Below are positions 42,723 to 53,655 of a DNA stretch of 64,000 bases, in pieces. Source of the stretch: a virus. Both the position numbers and the translations under genes were made by a program. The notes beneath the pieces are model-generated. The model had not been told where the DNA came from and searched no databases. It saw only the letters and a list, made by a program, of their open reading frames with translations. The stretch lies in IMG/VR virus record IMGVR_UViG_3300013132_000033, positions 1-64,000 of that record; one strand, written 5' to 3'. The number at the start of each line of letters is the position of its first letter. Within the stretch, counting starts at the first letter, position 1.

Positions 42723-44124
42723 TTGCTGGTTGTGTTTGGTAACTTAATGTTTTAGATACATATACAATACCATTTTTGCAATAATAATAAACATCGCAAA
42801 ACATTGGTTTTATATAATAATTGTCATCTACGACTCCGCTATGTTTTGTAATAACAGTTGACATTGATCCATACCAAGGAGAACCTACTATAATTGTAGA
42901 TCTATGAATATACTGTTGTTTAGATTGTATACTCCAACTATGAAAATTAACAGCAGCTTCTAGTTTTAAATAATGTTCTTTATCTTTAATCATATAACCC
43001 TCTTTAAAGAAATAAACATTATTAAAATCAAAATTAGTAGCATCCCAATCTTGACGAAATAATTGTGTAACTTTAGATAGTTCGTGACTATGCCGCCAAA
43101 CACCATTAACAATATGACCATTGTGATAATATCTACCTTTCCAAAAGTAAATACCATTAGCTTGTTGTTGGGGCGAAAGTTGTTTAGTATATTCTAAATT
43201 TACATTTAGATCGTTTTTTGTCTTTTTTTCGCTTTCGACCCCATTTGACTTTTTTTCATCATCAACAGTAGGATCATATTTTGCAGAAGGGATAGTATGT
43301 TTTGGATTGTTAGTATTTTTATACAAAGGATACCCCCAGTCATCTCCCCAAGCACCACTTCCAAAGATACTTTTTGGCTTTGGTTTATATTCAATAGCAC
43401 TTCTATCATAGAATGTTTTTGAAACTATTTTACCTTCTTTAATTTTATAAAGATAATTAGGTTCAAATTCTTGAATATCTTCAACAGGTACATTTAAAGC
43501 AGTAGCCAATGTCATAGCTTCTGATGAATAATATAATTGTGTTTTGGTTTTGTTTTGCCAAAATGACAATGGTCTTTCAACAGTTGGTGTAACAGAATCA
43601 CATTGTGATAAGCCCTTCCATATATAAAGAGCATCTTCTTCGTAATCTAAATACGAGAATGCTGCATAACCAACATATTCTTTTAATACATCAAAACCAT
43701 GTTCATATATAATATTACCCAATATTTTACTATCTACTTCTCCAGTATAAGTTTTAATATTGTATATTTTAGCAAGATCTTCAATATTCTGTATTGTGCC
43801 ATTATGCGCAAAAAATACTGTATTACCCTTGCTATTATATTCAAATGGATGTGTATTATTTATATTTACATTACCTACACTTCTAGCACGATTATGTGCT
43901 ATAATTGTATGACGATATTTAGTAGTATTAAATAGTTTACCATATACTACATTTTCTGAATTAGAATTGTCAGTACCTTTTTCGTAACCGCAATATTTAA
44001 ACGCTTGTTTACCAATAACTACTCCAAAACCATCTTTACCTCGGCGATTACCATAAATAAATAATAGTTTCATTTTATCAACGTTAACAGGAGTTTTTCC
44101 TGAGTAACCAGTAAGATTGCACAT
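42715..44124 (-). CDS. class II (Ntn) glutamine amidotransferase
   Basis: Start MC (catalytic Cys1) at 44124; RGxDGxG, HNRxxS, NTHPF, HNGTI, VDS motifs. Confidence 0.85.
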   Translation of the reverse strand: MCNLTGYSGKTPVNVDKMKLLFIYGNRRGKDGFGVVIGKQAFKYCGYEKGTDNSNSENVVYGKLFNTTKYRHTIIAHNRARSVGNVNINNTHPFEYNSKGNTVFFAHNGTIQNIEDLAKIYNIKTYTGEVDSKILGNIIYEHGFDVLKEYVGYAAFSYLDYEEDALYIWKGLSQCDSVTPTVERPLSFWQNKTKTQLYYSSEAMTLATALNVPVEDIQEFEPNYLYKIKEGKIVSKTFYDRSAIEYKPKPKSIFGSGAWGDDWGYPLYKNTNNPKHTIPSAKYDPTVDDEKKSNGVESEKKTKNDLNVNLEYTKQLSPQQQANGIYFWKGRYYHNGHIVNGVWRHSHELSKVTQLFRQDWDATNFDFNNVYFFKEGYMIKDKEHYLKLEAAVNFHSWSIQSKQQYIHRSTIIVGSPWYGSMSTVITKHSGVVDDNYYIKPMFCDVYYYCKNGIVYVSKTLSYQTQPANE

Positions 44125-44125
44125 A

Positions 44126-45685
44126 TTAATCAAGTTGTTGAATTAAACGATTTAACTCTGCTTCATAACGCTGAGCAGTAATTTCACCAAAAGATGGTGC
44201 TGAATTAATTTCACAAATAATAAAATCATTTGTACTGCTAGCAACTCGTACATCACACGCGCCAATATCCAATCCTACAGCTTTTAATGCTTTTACACAT
44301 TCTTCTACAATAACATCCCAGTTTGTAGGTTTGTTAAATTTAGGATTTGTTTCAAGAATCCATGTGCAATTATTGTCATTTCTATACCAACGTTCTTGAG
44401 CATCTTCACGAAGCATTTTACGATTAGTATAAAAACAACCATTTTTACTTATATGAAGTCTATACTCTCGATTGTAATTATAATATTTTTCAATAATATG
44501 ATTGCCATATCCATGAGATCTAAACCATTCAAGTGCTTCAGTTCCATTCTGAACAAGATATAAACCACGACCACGAGAACCAGTAAGAGATTTAATAATA
44601 AGTTTTTTATCTCCAAAATTATTATTTGAAATCCATTCTGTTAATTGAGCTTCATTAGTAGCAAATATATATTTTGCAGTACGTACATTATGTTCAGTAA
44701 ATTTAGCTTTCATTAAACCTTTATTAGCTGAATTTCGTACTGCTTCTGGAGTATTAATTTCATGTGTAGCACCTTCAACAATAGATGTTGAACCTAAGCG
44801 AAGAACTATTCTTTTATCGCCAGTTCTAATTTTGCGACGTAAAACAGCATGAGATGGGTGGCGACTTCTAATTTTAAGTAGCATACCAGTTGTTATTTTA
44901 GTGAAAGGATTATTTTTAATGTATTTTAATAATGGTTTAGCAAATTCAGCAATGCCGTAAGTATGGCTATTTGTTGCATAAAGATTTTGAGATAGTTCTG
45001 ATATATGTTTTAAATCAAACGTTTCAACATCAATTTCATTATCTCTATCTATAGCAGCTACATCTTCAACATTATATAATGTCAAATGCGGTACATTGGG
45101 GATTTGTAATTTAGATAATTCATAAAGTTGCGGTATGTGTTTAAAACCATCACCTTCAAAATTTTGTCTAGTTATAGTACCGCAATAACCAGCCCTATAC
45201 AAATGTAACAAAGCTTGAAGTTTCCATTTAGTATAAAACCACTTAGTAGTTTTACCTGTAAATATAAATGTACTATCAACATGAAACATCTCTTCAATTT
45301 CAAAATCCCAATTACAAGCAGCTTCAATTAACATGTCAACAGCTTTTTGATGATAAGCTATTGCAATTGATATATTGTAAGGAGTATTGAAACTATTATC
45401 TGTTACATCTAAACCGTTAATACCTGCATTAGGATAATACGCTGTATTAAATTTTAACATTGAGGCTATATCTAATGGATAACCCATACAACTCAAATAC
45501 CCTGAATATAATCTTAAATTATCACCATAAGATAGAGTTTTAGATGGAATTTCTGTAAAAATACCATATACAATAGTTATATTTTGAGTATTAGGTGCGT
45601 AAGTAAAATAACTAGAGTTTACTAATTTATTAAATTTACGAAGCCAGTGTTGTTCCGGTATACTGGTGGCTATTGGCATATTCAT
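44126..45685 (-). CDS. ATP-grasp (RimK-like) ligase with N-terminal unknown domain
   Basis: NK...IIKxxxGSRGRG, EYRLH, LDIGACDV, EINSAP motifs. Confidence 0.85.
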   Translation of the reverse strand: MNMPIATSIPEQHWLRKFNKLVNSSYFTYAPNTQNITIVYGIFTEIPSKTLSYGDNLRLYSGYLSCMGYPLDIASMLKFNTAYYPNAGINGLDVTDNSFNTPYNISIAIAYHQKAVDMLIEAACNWDFEIEEMFHVDSTFIFTGKTTKWFYTKWKLQALLHLYRAGYCGTITRQNFEGDGFKHIPQLYELSKLQIPNVPHLTLYNVEDVAAIDRDNEIDVETFDLKHISELSQNLYATNSHTYGIAEFAKPLLKYIKNNPFTKITTGMLLKIRSRHPSHAVLRRKIRTGDKRIVLRLGSTSIVEGATHEINTPEAVRNSANKGLMKAKFTEHNVRTAKYIFATNEAQLTEWISNNNFGDKKLIIKSLTGSRGRGLYLVQNGTEALEWFRSHGYGNHIIEKYYNYNREYRLHISKNGCFYTNRKMLREDAQERWYRNDNNCTWILETNPKFNKPTNWDVIVEECVKALKAVGLDIGACDVRVASSTNDFIICEINSAPSFGEITAQRYEAELNRLIQQLD

Positions 45686-46499
45686 AAGGATTATTGATAT
45701 TATATTTATTCATGATAGAAGCTGCAACTTCTACATTATTGTTACGAATAGCTTCAGCAGCTATTAACGTATCATTTTCAAGTTGACTACTCCAATTATT
45801 AGCTAATTCTACAGCTTGCATAACACCGTCATATACCCAACCAGTAATTATTTCATTCCTACTCATTGCACCACCAAGCGTTCTGTATTCAACAATATTA
45901 ATATTTTCAATTTGTCGAAAACGAAAATCACCTGGATTACCATAGATTTGCCTACGATCAGTATCAGTATCAAGAAATAAACTACCAAGACCTACTGTTA
46001 AGTCCATAGCTTTAATAATATTAATAGCCGCATCACGAGCATCACTACCTTCACATTCATAACCAATATGAATATGAAAACCAAAAGACCTTAAATTACC
46101 AACTTGTTCAGGAGTTGGACGAGGACTAATATCTAGTGTATAAGCATCATAAGAAGGTTCACAACCAAACAATTGAGCTATTTGTGAATTAAGTTCTTTA
46201 TTACTATATCTTGCAGAAGATACACATCGCAACTGCCATAATGGTTGTTGTTCTTGAAGCTTTTCTTGCGTAAGCTTTTTAATAATTTCTATATTATTAA
46301 CAAATTGTTCTTTAGTATATGCTGGTGGAATACAACCTTCTACACCAACATTATCAATTTGAATACTAAACTCACCATCATCTGTAAGAGGATACGGTTG
46401 ACGTTTAGTTCCAGGAATGAAACCTACAGCTGACTTAGGAGTTTCGTTTTCAAAGGCAGCAAATTCAGGATCGCTACCAACAGTGATATTTTTAATCAT
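45636..46499 (-). CDS. phiEco32-like COOH-NH2 ligase type 2
   Basis: GSDPEF, GTK, DNVxxE, GCEP, RSxGFHIHIG, RRxxYGxxG, EYRTL motifs. Confidence 0.85.
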   Translation of the reverse strand: MIKNITVGSDPEFAAFENETPKSAVGFIPGTKRQPYPLTDDGEFSIQIDNVGVEGCIPPAYTKEQFVNNIEIIKKLTQEKLQEQQPLWQLRCVSSARYSNKELNSQIAQLFGCEPSYDAYTLDISPRPTPEQVGNLRSFGFHIHIGYECEGSDARDAAINIIKAMDLTVGLGSLFLDTDTDRRQIYGNPGDFRFRQIENINIVEYRTLGGAMSRNEIITGWVYDGVMQAVELANNWSSQLENDTLIAAEAIRNNNVEVAASIMNKYNINNPYEYANSHQYTGTTLAS

Positions 46500-46503
46500 T
46501 GTA

Positions 46504-46923
46504 TTAATCGAAATTAAAATAATACAAACTAATTGTATTACCTGTTTTAAAATTGGTGAATGTACTCATAACTTGAAAACCATACTTTTTTAAAAGATGG
46601 TCCATTTCAGGACTATAACCATTTGTAGTAGCTTGCAATTGAGAACAATAATGAATTTTAAGTACTAACTGCAATAATAAATTACCGTAACCTTGATTAC
46701 GCATTTCTTCTATAACTACTACAGAATTTAAAACTTCAATACCACAACAACCGGGATAAGCATTAATGTTAAACATACCAATTTCTTGATATTTTTTACC
46801 ATAAATCAACCTTCGTTTCCAATTATTTTTAATATAAACTGTATAACGAGATTGATCAAATCCACGATTATAGTAAAGAGTTTTACCATTTATCATGTAT
46901 TTAGTTAAATCTTTTTCTTCCAT
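46504..46923 (-). CDS. GNAT-like acetyltransferase
   Basis: RNQGYGxxLL acetyl-CoA binding motif; LKKYGF. Confidence 0.7.
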   Translation of the reverse strand: MEEKDLTKYMINGKTLYYNRGFDQSRYTVYIKNNWKRRLIYGKKYQEIGMFNINAYPGCCGIEVLNSVVVIEEMRNQGYGNLLLQLVLKIHYCSQLQATTNGYSPEMDHLLKKYGFQVMSTFTNFKTGNTISLYYFNFD

Positions 46924-47593
46924 AAAGCATGCTGTTTATTATATTAATACTAAACTCATCATAGATTTCTTCTGGATGCCATTGTACTGCTACAATTGGT
47001 TTGTCTTTAACCCAAAATGCTTCTACATTATTAAATACTGAATTTGTATAAATAATTTTAATATTTTCACCTAAACGATCTTTATTAGTAATACCTTGAT
47101 GATGTAATGAATTAACTTTTAGTTTAAAAAGTTTAACTTCATTGTCAGTAAAATACTTAAAAGCATTTGTAAAATTATCAGCAGATCCAACTAAAGTATC
47201 AACAAGTTTATCACGAGGATCTGAATACTCTTGAGCAATATGTTGACTTAAAGTACCACCAAAATGAACATTAAGTGTTTGAAAACCACGGCAAATACCA
47301 AACATAGGAATACCTGCAGCGATATATTGTGGTAACATATATTTATCCCAATCTTCTAATTGAATATTAGGATTACCTGATTGAAATACTGGTCTTTCAC
47401 CATAACGAGAAGGATCGACATCCGCTCCGCCTGGAATAATCAACAAATCAATATCTGTATGTACTTTATTATCGTATGCAAAAATTGGTATTGGAATACC
47501 AAAATGTGCTGCAAATGTACTATACGTTGCGGGCAGATTCATCTGACCAGACTCTACTTTCGTTAATAATACTCCTATTCGCTGTTGTTTCAT
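46901..47593 (-). CDS. class I glutamine amidotransferase / peptidase C26
   Basis: PGGADVDP, GICRGFQ, VNSLHHQ, VQWHPE. Confidence 0.9.
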   Translation of the reverse strand: MKQQRIGVLLTKVESGQMNLPATYSTFAAHFGIPIPIFAYDNKVHTDIDLLIIPGGADVDPSRYGERPVFQSGNPNIQLEDWDKYMLPQYIAAGIPMFGICRGFQTLNVHFGGTLSQHIAQEYSDPRDKLVDTLVGSADNFTNAFKYFTDNEVKLFKLKVNSLHHQGITNKDRLGENIKIIYTNSVFNNVEAFWVKDKPIVAVQWHPEEIYDEFSINIINSMLYGRKRFN

Positions 47594-48434
47594 GCGTTGT
47601 AATTAATTTTGTAGTTGGTAATTCTAATGGTAAAGTTGGTTGAGGTGTGGGAGTAGTAATAATTGTTGGTATAGCCCTAACTTTATTAAGTGTTTCTTTT
47701 AAATAAGGATATACATCAGCAAAATTACTAAATCTTTTATCAATAAGGACATTGTGCGGATTTACACTATCTTTATGTTTATCAAACAATATTTTAAGAT
47801 ATTTATTAATAAACTCTAATGTTTTACTTGGCATTCTCAGTTCTGGGTGTCCTTGAATACCAAAACCTTTAATCAAACCTAAATAAAAGATTTCAGGTTC
47901 ACGGTAAGTTATACTGTTTAACGGTACAGTTTCATAATTAGCATTTGGAACTAATGTTTCATTATCAGTACCGTTAATATAACAATTACTAATAGAATCA
48001 GCCCATGCAAGTAATATATTTTTATGTTCTACTGATGATGCCAAAGAATACCAATTAACCATTTGATGGTGAATTGAATTAGTAGTTAACAAATCTTTTT
48101 TACCTATAATATTAATATTATGATCACCTCTCATGTGATTACTTACATGTTGAATAAGAACACCGCCATTAGCAATACCTAATAATTGCGCACCCCTGCA
48201 TATACCAATTAAAAATTTATTTTGATAATAAGCTTCAATCAAACATTTTAATTGATGTTTATCTACGTCTTCATAAAAATATGTTTGATGAGAAGTTTTT
48301 TCTCCATATAATGCTGGATACCAATCTGAACCTCCCGGAAATATTACTGCATCTGCATCTTCAATACTGTTAACTATTTCAACATTATCTATCCACGCCG
48401 CATCGCGATTTGAACCTACACAAAATACCTTCAT
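47520..48434 (-). CDS. class I glutamine amidotransferase / peptidase C26 (second copy)
   Basis: PGGSD, GICRGAQ, NSIHHQ, IQGHPE. Confidence 0.85.
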   Translation of the reverse strand: MKVFCVGSNRDAAWIDNVEIVNSIEDADAVIFPGGSDWYPALYGEKTSHQTYFYEDVDKHQLKCLIEAYYQNKFLIGICRGAQLLGIANGGVLIQHVSNHMRGDHNINIIGKKDLLTTNSIHHQMVNWYSLASSVEHKNILLAWADSISNCYINGTDNETLVPNANYETVPLNSITYREPEIFYLGLIKGFGIQGHPELRMPSKTLEFINKYLKILFDKHKDSVNPHNVLIDKRFSNFADVYPYLKETLNKVRAIPTIITTPTPQPTLPLELPTTKLITTHETTANRSIINESRVWSDESARNV

Positions 48435-48436
48435 AC

Positions 48437-49318
48437 TTATTCTTTGTTATATTGTTTTTTAATTATTTCATCTATAGACCTTTCAGCTTCTTCTATAAAT
48501 TTTTTGTCGTAAGCACCTCTTTTACTTTCCGATATAGCATTACGAAATCCTATATTAGTATTTGCAGAATACGTAGTGGAATTACCTATTGTAATATGTT
48601 CAGGATTGAATTCTGAATTAACTTTTGGATTAGCTTCTTCTATATTATCAACTATTTGCAACTCTTCTTTATCTTTGCGACGGTTTGGTCTTTTAGCAGG
48701 AGCTTTTTCAATTACTATATTAATAATATCAGTAATAACTTTGTATTTAACAGGATCTGATTCAATTACCCTAAGCGCTTCAAGATAGTCTTGAAAGTTT
48801 GAGAATGAACTTTCATGTGACCATTTTAATTTTAATTTTTCATATTCTGCTTGAATATCAATTTCAGATGTTTTATCTTCTTCATTTAATTGAAGTTCTG
48901 TAATAATCTGATTGTAATATTCATTTTGTAAACAAAGTTTTACAATAACTTGTGCCAAGTCACTAAGTTTATACTTAGAAGCAAGTTCGTCTTCTGTTAA
49001 ACCATTGACATTTTCTGCAGTAATTTCTTGATTGTATAAAGAACTAATTTCTTCAAAAGATGGTAATTCCAGCTTATTAATAATACTTTCAATTTTATGA
49101 TTTGTATTAGCATACCCTTTAAAAATACCACCTTTTTGAAGAGGATTTGTAAGAGCTATAATACCATCATATTGATAATCTGGAATCCATGCGTACAGTT
49201 GTGTAGTATTACCTTTAATATTTTTAAAAGCATATGCACGATAGTATTGATTACCACCAGATATTGAAAAAGCTTTTTTAGGTAAATCCCAAATTTCTAT
49301 TGTTCTAAGATCTGACAT
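48437..49318 (-). CDS. hypothetical protein
   Basis: ORF track, 293 aa. Confidence 0.7.
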   Translation of the reverse strand: MSDLRTIEIWDLPKKAFSISGGNQYYRAYAFKNIKGNTTQLYAWIPDYQYDGIIALTNPLQKGGIFKGYANTNHKIESIINKLELPSFEEISSLYNQEITAENVNGLTEDELASKYKLSDLAQVIVKLCLQNEYYNQIITELQLNEEDKTSEIDIQAEYEKLKLKWSHESSFSNFQDYLEALRVIESDPVKYKVITDIINIVIEKAPAKRPNRRKDKEELQIVDNIEEANPKVNSEFNPEHITIGNSTTYSANTNIGFRNAISESKRGAYDKKFIEEAERSIDEIIKKQYNKE

Positions 49319-50256
49319 AATTCGTCATTTAAATTATGATTATTAGACGCATCATATACGTCTTTTGCTAAAGTTAAAAATCTTATTTGACTATTAGGTA
49401 GTTTATCACTTAATAGTTTACTATATTTGATGCCAGTATCATCATTGTCAAATAATATAATTACTTTACGAAACTGATTAATAACATCCATGTATTTATA
49501 TGGAAAATTAATACTAGTTTCTGATTGCGGTGCTATACTATTATAACCATATTTATGAGTTAATAATAATCTGTCTTTTTGAGATTTAGTTATTACTAAT
49601 AATTCTGGATTGCATTCGTAATAATTTTCTAGTTCATTTCCACCATATACATCGTTTTCATTACAATTAGTAAAAAATTTAAATTGAGTATTAGGAAAAT
49701 AAAGTTTTACATTATTTGTATCTGGAAAGTAATAAGCGTACGTATCAACTTTAGTAGGGTTATAAATATTATTCATATCCCAACTACCATTGTTATATAT
49801 CCAATATTTAGATACTTTATATACATGTTCTGCTTGTAATATATTAGGTGCAATCTTAAAGTAATTATCGTTATCAAACGGTATGTGTTCAAATCTAATT
49901 TGAACTTTAGGTTTGTTAGATTCTACACGTTTAAGATTATAATTTAATTTTACATTACTTTCTTTAATAATTAAATGCAAAGCTTCTAGAAAACTACAAC
50001 CTTTTAATATAGCTAATGTATCAATTACTGTAAAATACAATTTATTATTGTAAGTAGCATTATCTTTAAAATAAAGAATACCGGAATGCCAGATAAACCG
50101 ACATCCCGGATTCTTATCGTTTCTAAATATTGAATGATACATCTTGTTTAAATCAACAGTCAATCCAGTATATTTAAAAAATAAATCTTCTTGATTTAAT
50201 TGTATTAATGCTGTATGAGCATCAATATATTCGTAAGATTGACTTGATTTGAACAT
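49297..50256 (-). CDS. DNA primase (TOPRIM)
   Basis: FRxDxNP N-terminal motif; ITKSxKD, APQSE, FDNDxTG, KD TOPRIM motifs as in crAss-like primases. Confidence 0.8.
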   Translation of the reverse strand: MFKSSQSYEYIDAHTALIQLNQEDLFFKYTGLTVDLNKMYHSIFRNDKNPGCRFIWHSGILYFKDNATYNNKLYFTVIDTLAILKGCSFLEALHLIIKESNVKLNYNLKRVESNKPKVQIRFEHIPFDNDNYFKIAPNILQAEHVYKVSKYWIYNNGSWDMNNIYNPTKVDTYAYYFPDTNNVKLYFPNTQFKFFTNCNENDVYGGNELENYYECNPELLVITKSQKDRLLLTHKYGYNSIAPQSETSINFPYKYMDVINQFRKVIILFDNDDTGIKYSKLLSDKLPNSQIRFLTLAKDVYDASNNHNLNDELCQILEQ

Positions 50257-51116
50257 TAAATCAAACTAGAGTAGTTAAATGAAGATGAAGAATTATTTAC
50301 TATTTCTGCTGGTACAGCATTTAGACATTCTTCTTTGACAAATGGTTGAAACTCTGCAGTAAACAAGTATTTAGTAATACGCTCACCTTTACTATAAGCA
50401 TTTTTAACTGCTTCAATAGCTTTTTGAGATACATCACCATTAGACCTGAAGAAGAAATCAGGATTTGTACAAATGTTTTGATTATAATAGATTTTTTCTT
50501 CATCATTAACAATTTTACTTGTACTACGTACACAAGTTAACAACGTAATGCTATTACTATTTGTATTACACCAATCAAAAAACTTTGTTAAACCATTTAG
50601 ATTGTTGTTATATAAATTAGAAATAGTAATTCCATTGCTTTCTGCATCTGCAATAAACGAAGCATTTTCTCCATTAGAAGAATACCTCATTAACTGTTGC
50701 ATAAATGTATACAATTCATATTCACCAATTAACGCTGGACGATACTTATGTTTTGTAAACCAAGTCATTTTTGGATTACTATCCAAAGTACTAAGATCTT
50801 TCACATAAGTAAATGTACCCACACTATTTACCATTCGAGCTGTACCTGATTGAGTAACTTCTGGCTCATTTGCCACAAGAAACCTCAAAGATAAAGCTTC
50901 AATGTTATTATTTACTTCTTGAACCCAAATTTCAATAGGTCGGTAAGACTTACCGTTTAGTTCAACAATATCATAATTAACATTAAGTTTGTATTCTCGA
51001 TTGATAAATTTTTCAATTTGATCTTTAGTTGGATTAACAGTCAATACTTTAAATGATGCTAAACCAGTAAAGAATTTAGGTGTTGCGGAAGAGGTAGAAT
51101 TGGATGAATTAAACAT
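50256..51116 (-). CDS. hypothetical replication protein (possible ssDNA-binding protein)
   Basis: Position between the AAA ATPase and the primase; function inferred only. Confidence 0.5.
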   Translation of the reverse strand: MFNSSNSTSSATPKFFTGLASFKVLTVNPTKDQIEKFINREYKLNVNYDIVELNGKSYRPIEIWVQEVNNNIEALSLRFLVANEPEVTQSGTARMVNSVGTFTYVKDLSTLDSNPKMTWFTKHKYRPALIGEYELYTFMQQLMRYSSNGENASFIADAESNGITISNLYNNNLNGLTKFFDWCNTNSNSITLLTCVRSTSKIVNDEEKIYYNQNICTNPDFFFRSNGDVSQKAIEAVKNAYSKGERITKYLFTAEFQPFVKEECLNAVPAEIVNNSSSSFNYSSLI

Positions 51117-51166
51117 GATAAGATAAGTTAAGATTAAATTAAAGATTATATTGTATAAGTTGATCT

Positions 51167-51967
51167 TTATTCTTTTATAAAGATTTCATTCCAGCCGTAT
51201 TCAAATTGACGGCTGCCTGGTTCTTTTTCAGAAATAATAACAAATTCTTTTTGTGCTAAATGTGGCGGCCTTGCACCTGTTACTTGGTCACGCTCATCAG
51301 TTTTAAATGATAACATTGTTTTGTTACCATCTTTCCGATACATATAACCAATAGCATCTGCATTAGCGCAAAGAATAAGTTTTAATTTACCGGGTAAATT
51401 TAAATCACGAGCTGAAATATCAGCACCATTTTTTTGAATACTAGAGTCTTTAACATGACCTATTTCTATAGAGCATATTTTTGCTGGTGCTTCCATAATT
51501 GATAACAGTTTTTCGTATGCTTGGCGAAGATAATCATAACCACCACCATTAGGTAAATCTGCAACTACATCTCTACCGGTGTAGTTTTTACCCATAGGTT
51601 TAGATTTATAAATTTCACCTGCAAGAAATGTTGCAATTTTCAATAAAGCTGTAACAGAATCGATAACTACAAAATCGTAATTATGTTTTTGTAATTCTGC
51701 AGCAAGCTCTTTAATTATTTCAATACATGTTGCAGGACCATCGGGATGATTTAATACTTCTTTAGGATTAACATTTAGTTTAATACTTGCAATTTTAAGC
51801 ACATTAACAATATCTCCTGTAACAAAATTAGTACCATCTTCAAAATCAATGATGATTGATTTAGGAAGTCCTGCTACAGCAGTAGTCTTCCCCACTTTAG
51901 GAGAAGCAAATAAAAGTAAACGACGTGGATTTACTGATACAGTCGTTTTAGTTTGAATTAAACTCAT
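51167..51967 (-). CDS. AAA_24 / Sak4-like ATPase
   Basis: Walker A PKVGKTT, DFEDG, VVIDSVT, IGH, ADAIGY. Confidence 0.8.
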   Translation of the reverse strand: MSLIQTKTTVSVNPRRLLLFASPKVGKTTAVAGLPKSIIIDFEDGTNFVTGDIVNVLKIASIKLNVNPKEVLNHPDGPATCIEIIKELAAELQKHNYDFVVIDSVTALLKIATFLAGEIYKSKPMGKNYTGRDVVADLPNGGGYDYLRQAYEKLLSIMEAPAKICSIEIGHVKDSSIQKNGADISARDLNLPGKLKLILCANADAIGYMYRKDGNKTMLSFKTDERDQVTGARPPHLAQKEFVIISEKEPGSRQFEYGWNEIFIKE

Positions 51968-51982
51968 ATTTAAATGTATAGA

Positions 51983-52702
51983 TTAAGATATAAAAATGGT
52001 AAAGTAAGTTTTTGCCAAGTCTGTAAAATATTCTGTTAATGTTTGATTAACAGCTATTTTAGTGTCATATGGCGCACCTTGGCTTTTGTAAAAATCCCAA
52101 TTAGAAATAGTAAAAGAACCACCAATACTGTTTTTTTGTTCATCATGAATAGCATCAAATTGCTTTATTACTTCTGGCTTAAATATTTGAATAGTATTTG
52201 GAGGTGTTAATATCATTGGTCTAATTGGTACCATATACGTATAAATAATATTACCTGAATTAGGATTGTATGCTGCAATTGGTTTAATAGGATTAACAAA
52301 TAATTTTTCATTTAAATAATCTATAGTTCTTATTAGTTTAACAGGATATGCATTATGCGCAAATGTTGCTATAGCAGCTCTGTATTGTCTTAATATTAAA
52401 AATGTTGTAATAATAGGTAAAAATTTTACATAAGTATTTTTTTTGTGTGGTGCAACTAAACTTAAATCAGATACTACTTTAATACCGCAACAATCTTGAT
52501 ATTTAGAAATAGACCATTGATATCTGCTTTCACCCCCTGATGCATTACAAATTATTAATTTAAATACAACTCTATCATTTTCATTTGTAAATTTTAAATA
52601 TACTTCATTTATAATTTTATTTAATTCAGGAGTATCTTTAATAAATTCATTTAATGAAAGTTGAATAGCATCATATTGTTCTTGAAATTCGTATTTTTTC
52701 AT
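51983..52702 (-). CDS. hypothetical protein, distantly similar to the GNAT-like gene at 46504
   Basis: Shares CCGIxV and NxxSGNxIxxY motifs with 46504-46923. Confidence 0.6.
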   Translation of the reverse strand: MKKYEFQEQYDAIQLSLNEFIKDTPELNKIINEVYLKFTNENDRVVFKLIICNASGGESRYQWSISKYQDCCGIKVVSDLSLVAPHKKNTYVKFLPIITTFLILRQYRAAIATFAHNAYPVKLIRTIDYLNEKLFVNPIKPIAAYNPNSGNIIYTYMVPIRPMILTPPNTIQIFKPEVIKQFDAIHDEQKNSIGGSFTISNWDFYKSQGAPYDTKIAVNQTLTEYFTDLAKTYFTIFIS

Positions 52703-53655
52703 AATTCTCTAAAATGTGAAACTGCACCGTCAAAATAAAGAGCAGTTTCTTTATTACCATTACTTTCTCGACCTCCTATAATATTGAGGATTCTAAGATT
52801 ATCTTCATATTTTGATACATTAATACCTCCATACATTGTCATTTTTGCATTGTGCGGAGAAAATATACCAAACGCTATATCAATATCTCTAGCTGTATCT
52901 TTGCTATCTGATAAACCGCCAAATGATGGTAGTAAATCACCAAGCTTTTTAGCATCTAACGATTCTTTATCATTAGATTGCTGTTGAATAACTACAGGAT
53001 TTAACCTAAAGTTATTACGAGCTTTAACAAAATGGGTAGCCGATAATTCATCAATAGCATTTTTTAAAGATTGCCCTTGACGAGGTGTTACTAAAGAAAT
53101 ATGATCTATAATTAATTCGTGTATTTGTTCTGATTTTGAATCAAACTTACTACATATATTAGCAGTATAATTTGCAATTTCAGTAACAGTACGGATATTA
53201 TCAACGTACTGGACTTTGTCCAAATACTTAATAAAAAATGGTTCATATTTTCTAATAGCTTCTAAAGTTTCGTTATCAAGAGCTTTGTTTTTTGATCGTA
53301 ATATTGAAGGTGAAATTTTTATAGTACCTTTAGAATCATGATGCAAAAAATAACACATAGCTTGCATCATTTTCTGTTCAGCAGTCATTTCTAAACAAAG
53401 ATAATCTATTTTAACATCTAGATCTGATTCAGTACTTATACTAAACATTACAGGATGATACACATACATGTAATCTGCAAATTGTGTTTTACCTGCTTTT
53501 TTATTAGCTGTTACTAATTCATATTTACCTTTTTCAATACCTGAATAATATTCAGATAGTTTAGGAAACGGACATGGTATAGAATTATATTTACCTTGTT
53601 CTACACGTCGTTTTCTATTTTCAATATTAGTTAATACTGAATTAAATAAACTCAT
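52699..53655 (-). CDS. DnaB-like replicative helicase
   Basis: Walker A AGKT, LEM, IIDHISL, IQQ, SKDTARD. Confidence 0.8.
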   Translation of the reverse strand: MSLFNSVLTNIENRKRRVEQGKYNSIPCPFPKLSEYYSGIEKGKYELVTANKKAGKTQFADYMYVYHPVMFSISTESDLDVKIDYLCLEMTAEQKMMQAMCYFLHHDSKGTIKISPSILRSKNKALDNETLEAIRKYEPFFIKYLDKVQYVDNIRTVTEIANYTANICSKFDSKSEQIHELIIDHISLVTPRQGQSLKNAIDELSATHFVKARNNFRLNPVVIQQQSNDKESLDAKKLGDLLPSFGGLSDSKDTARDIDIAFGIFSPHNAKMTMYGGINVSKYEDNLRILNIIGGRESNGNKETALYFDGAVSHFREL

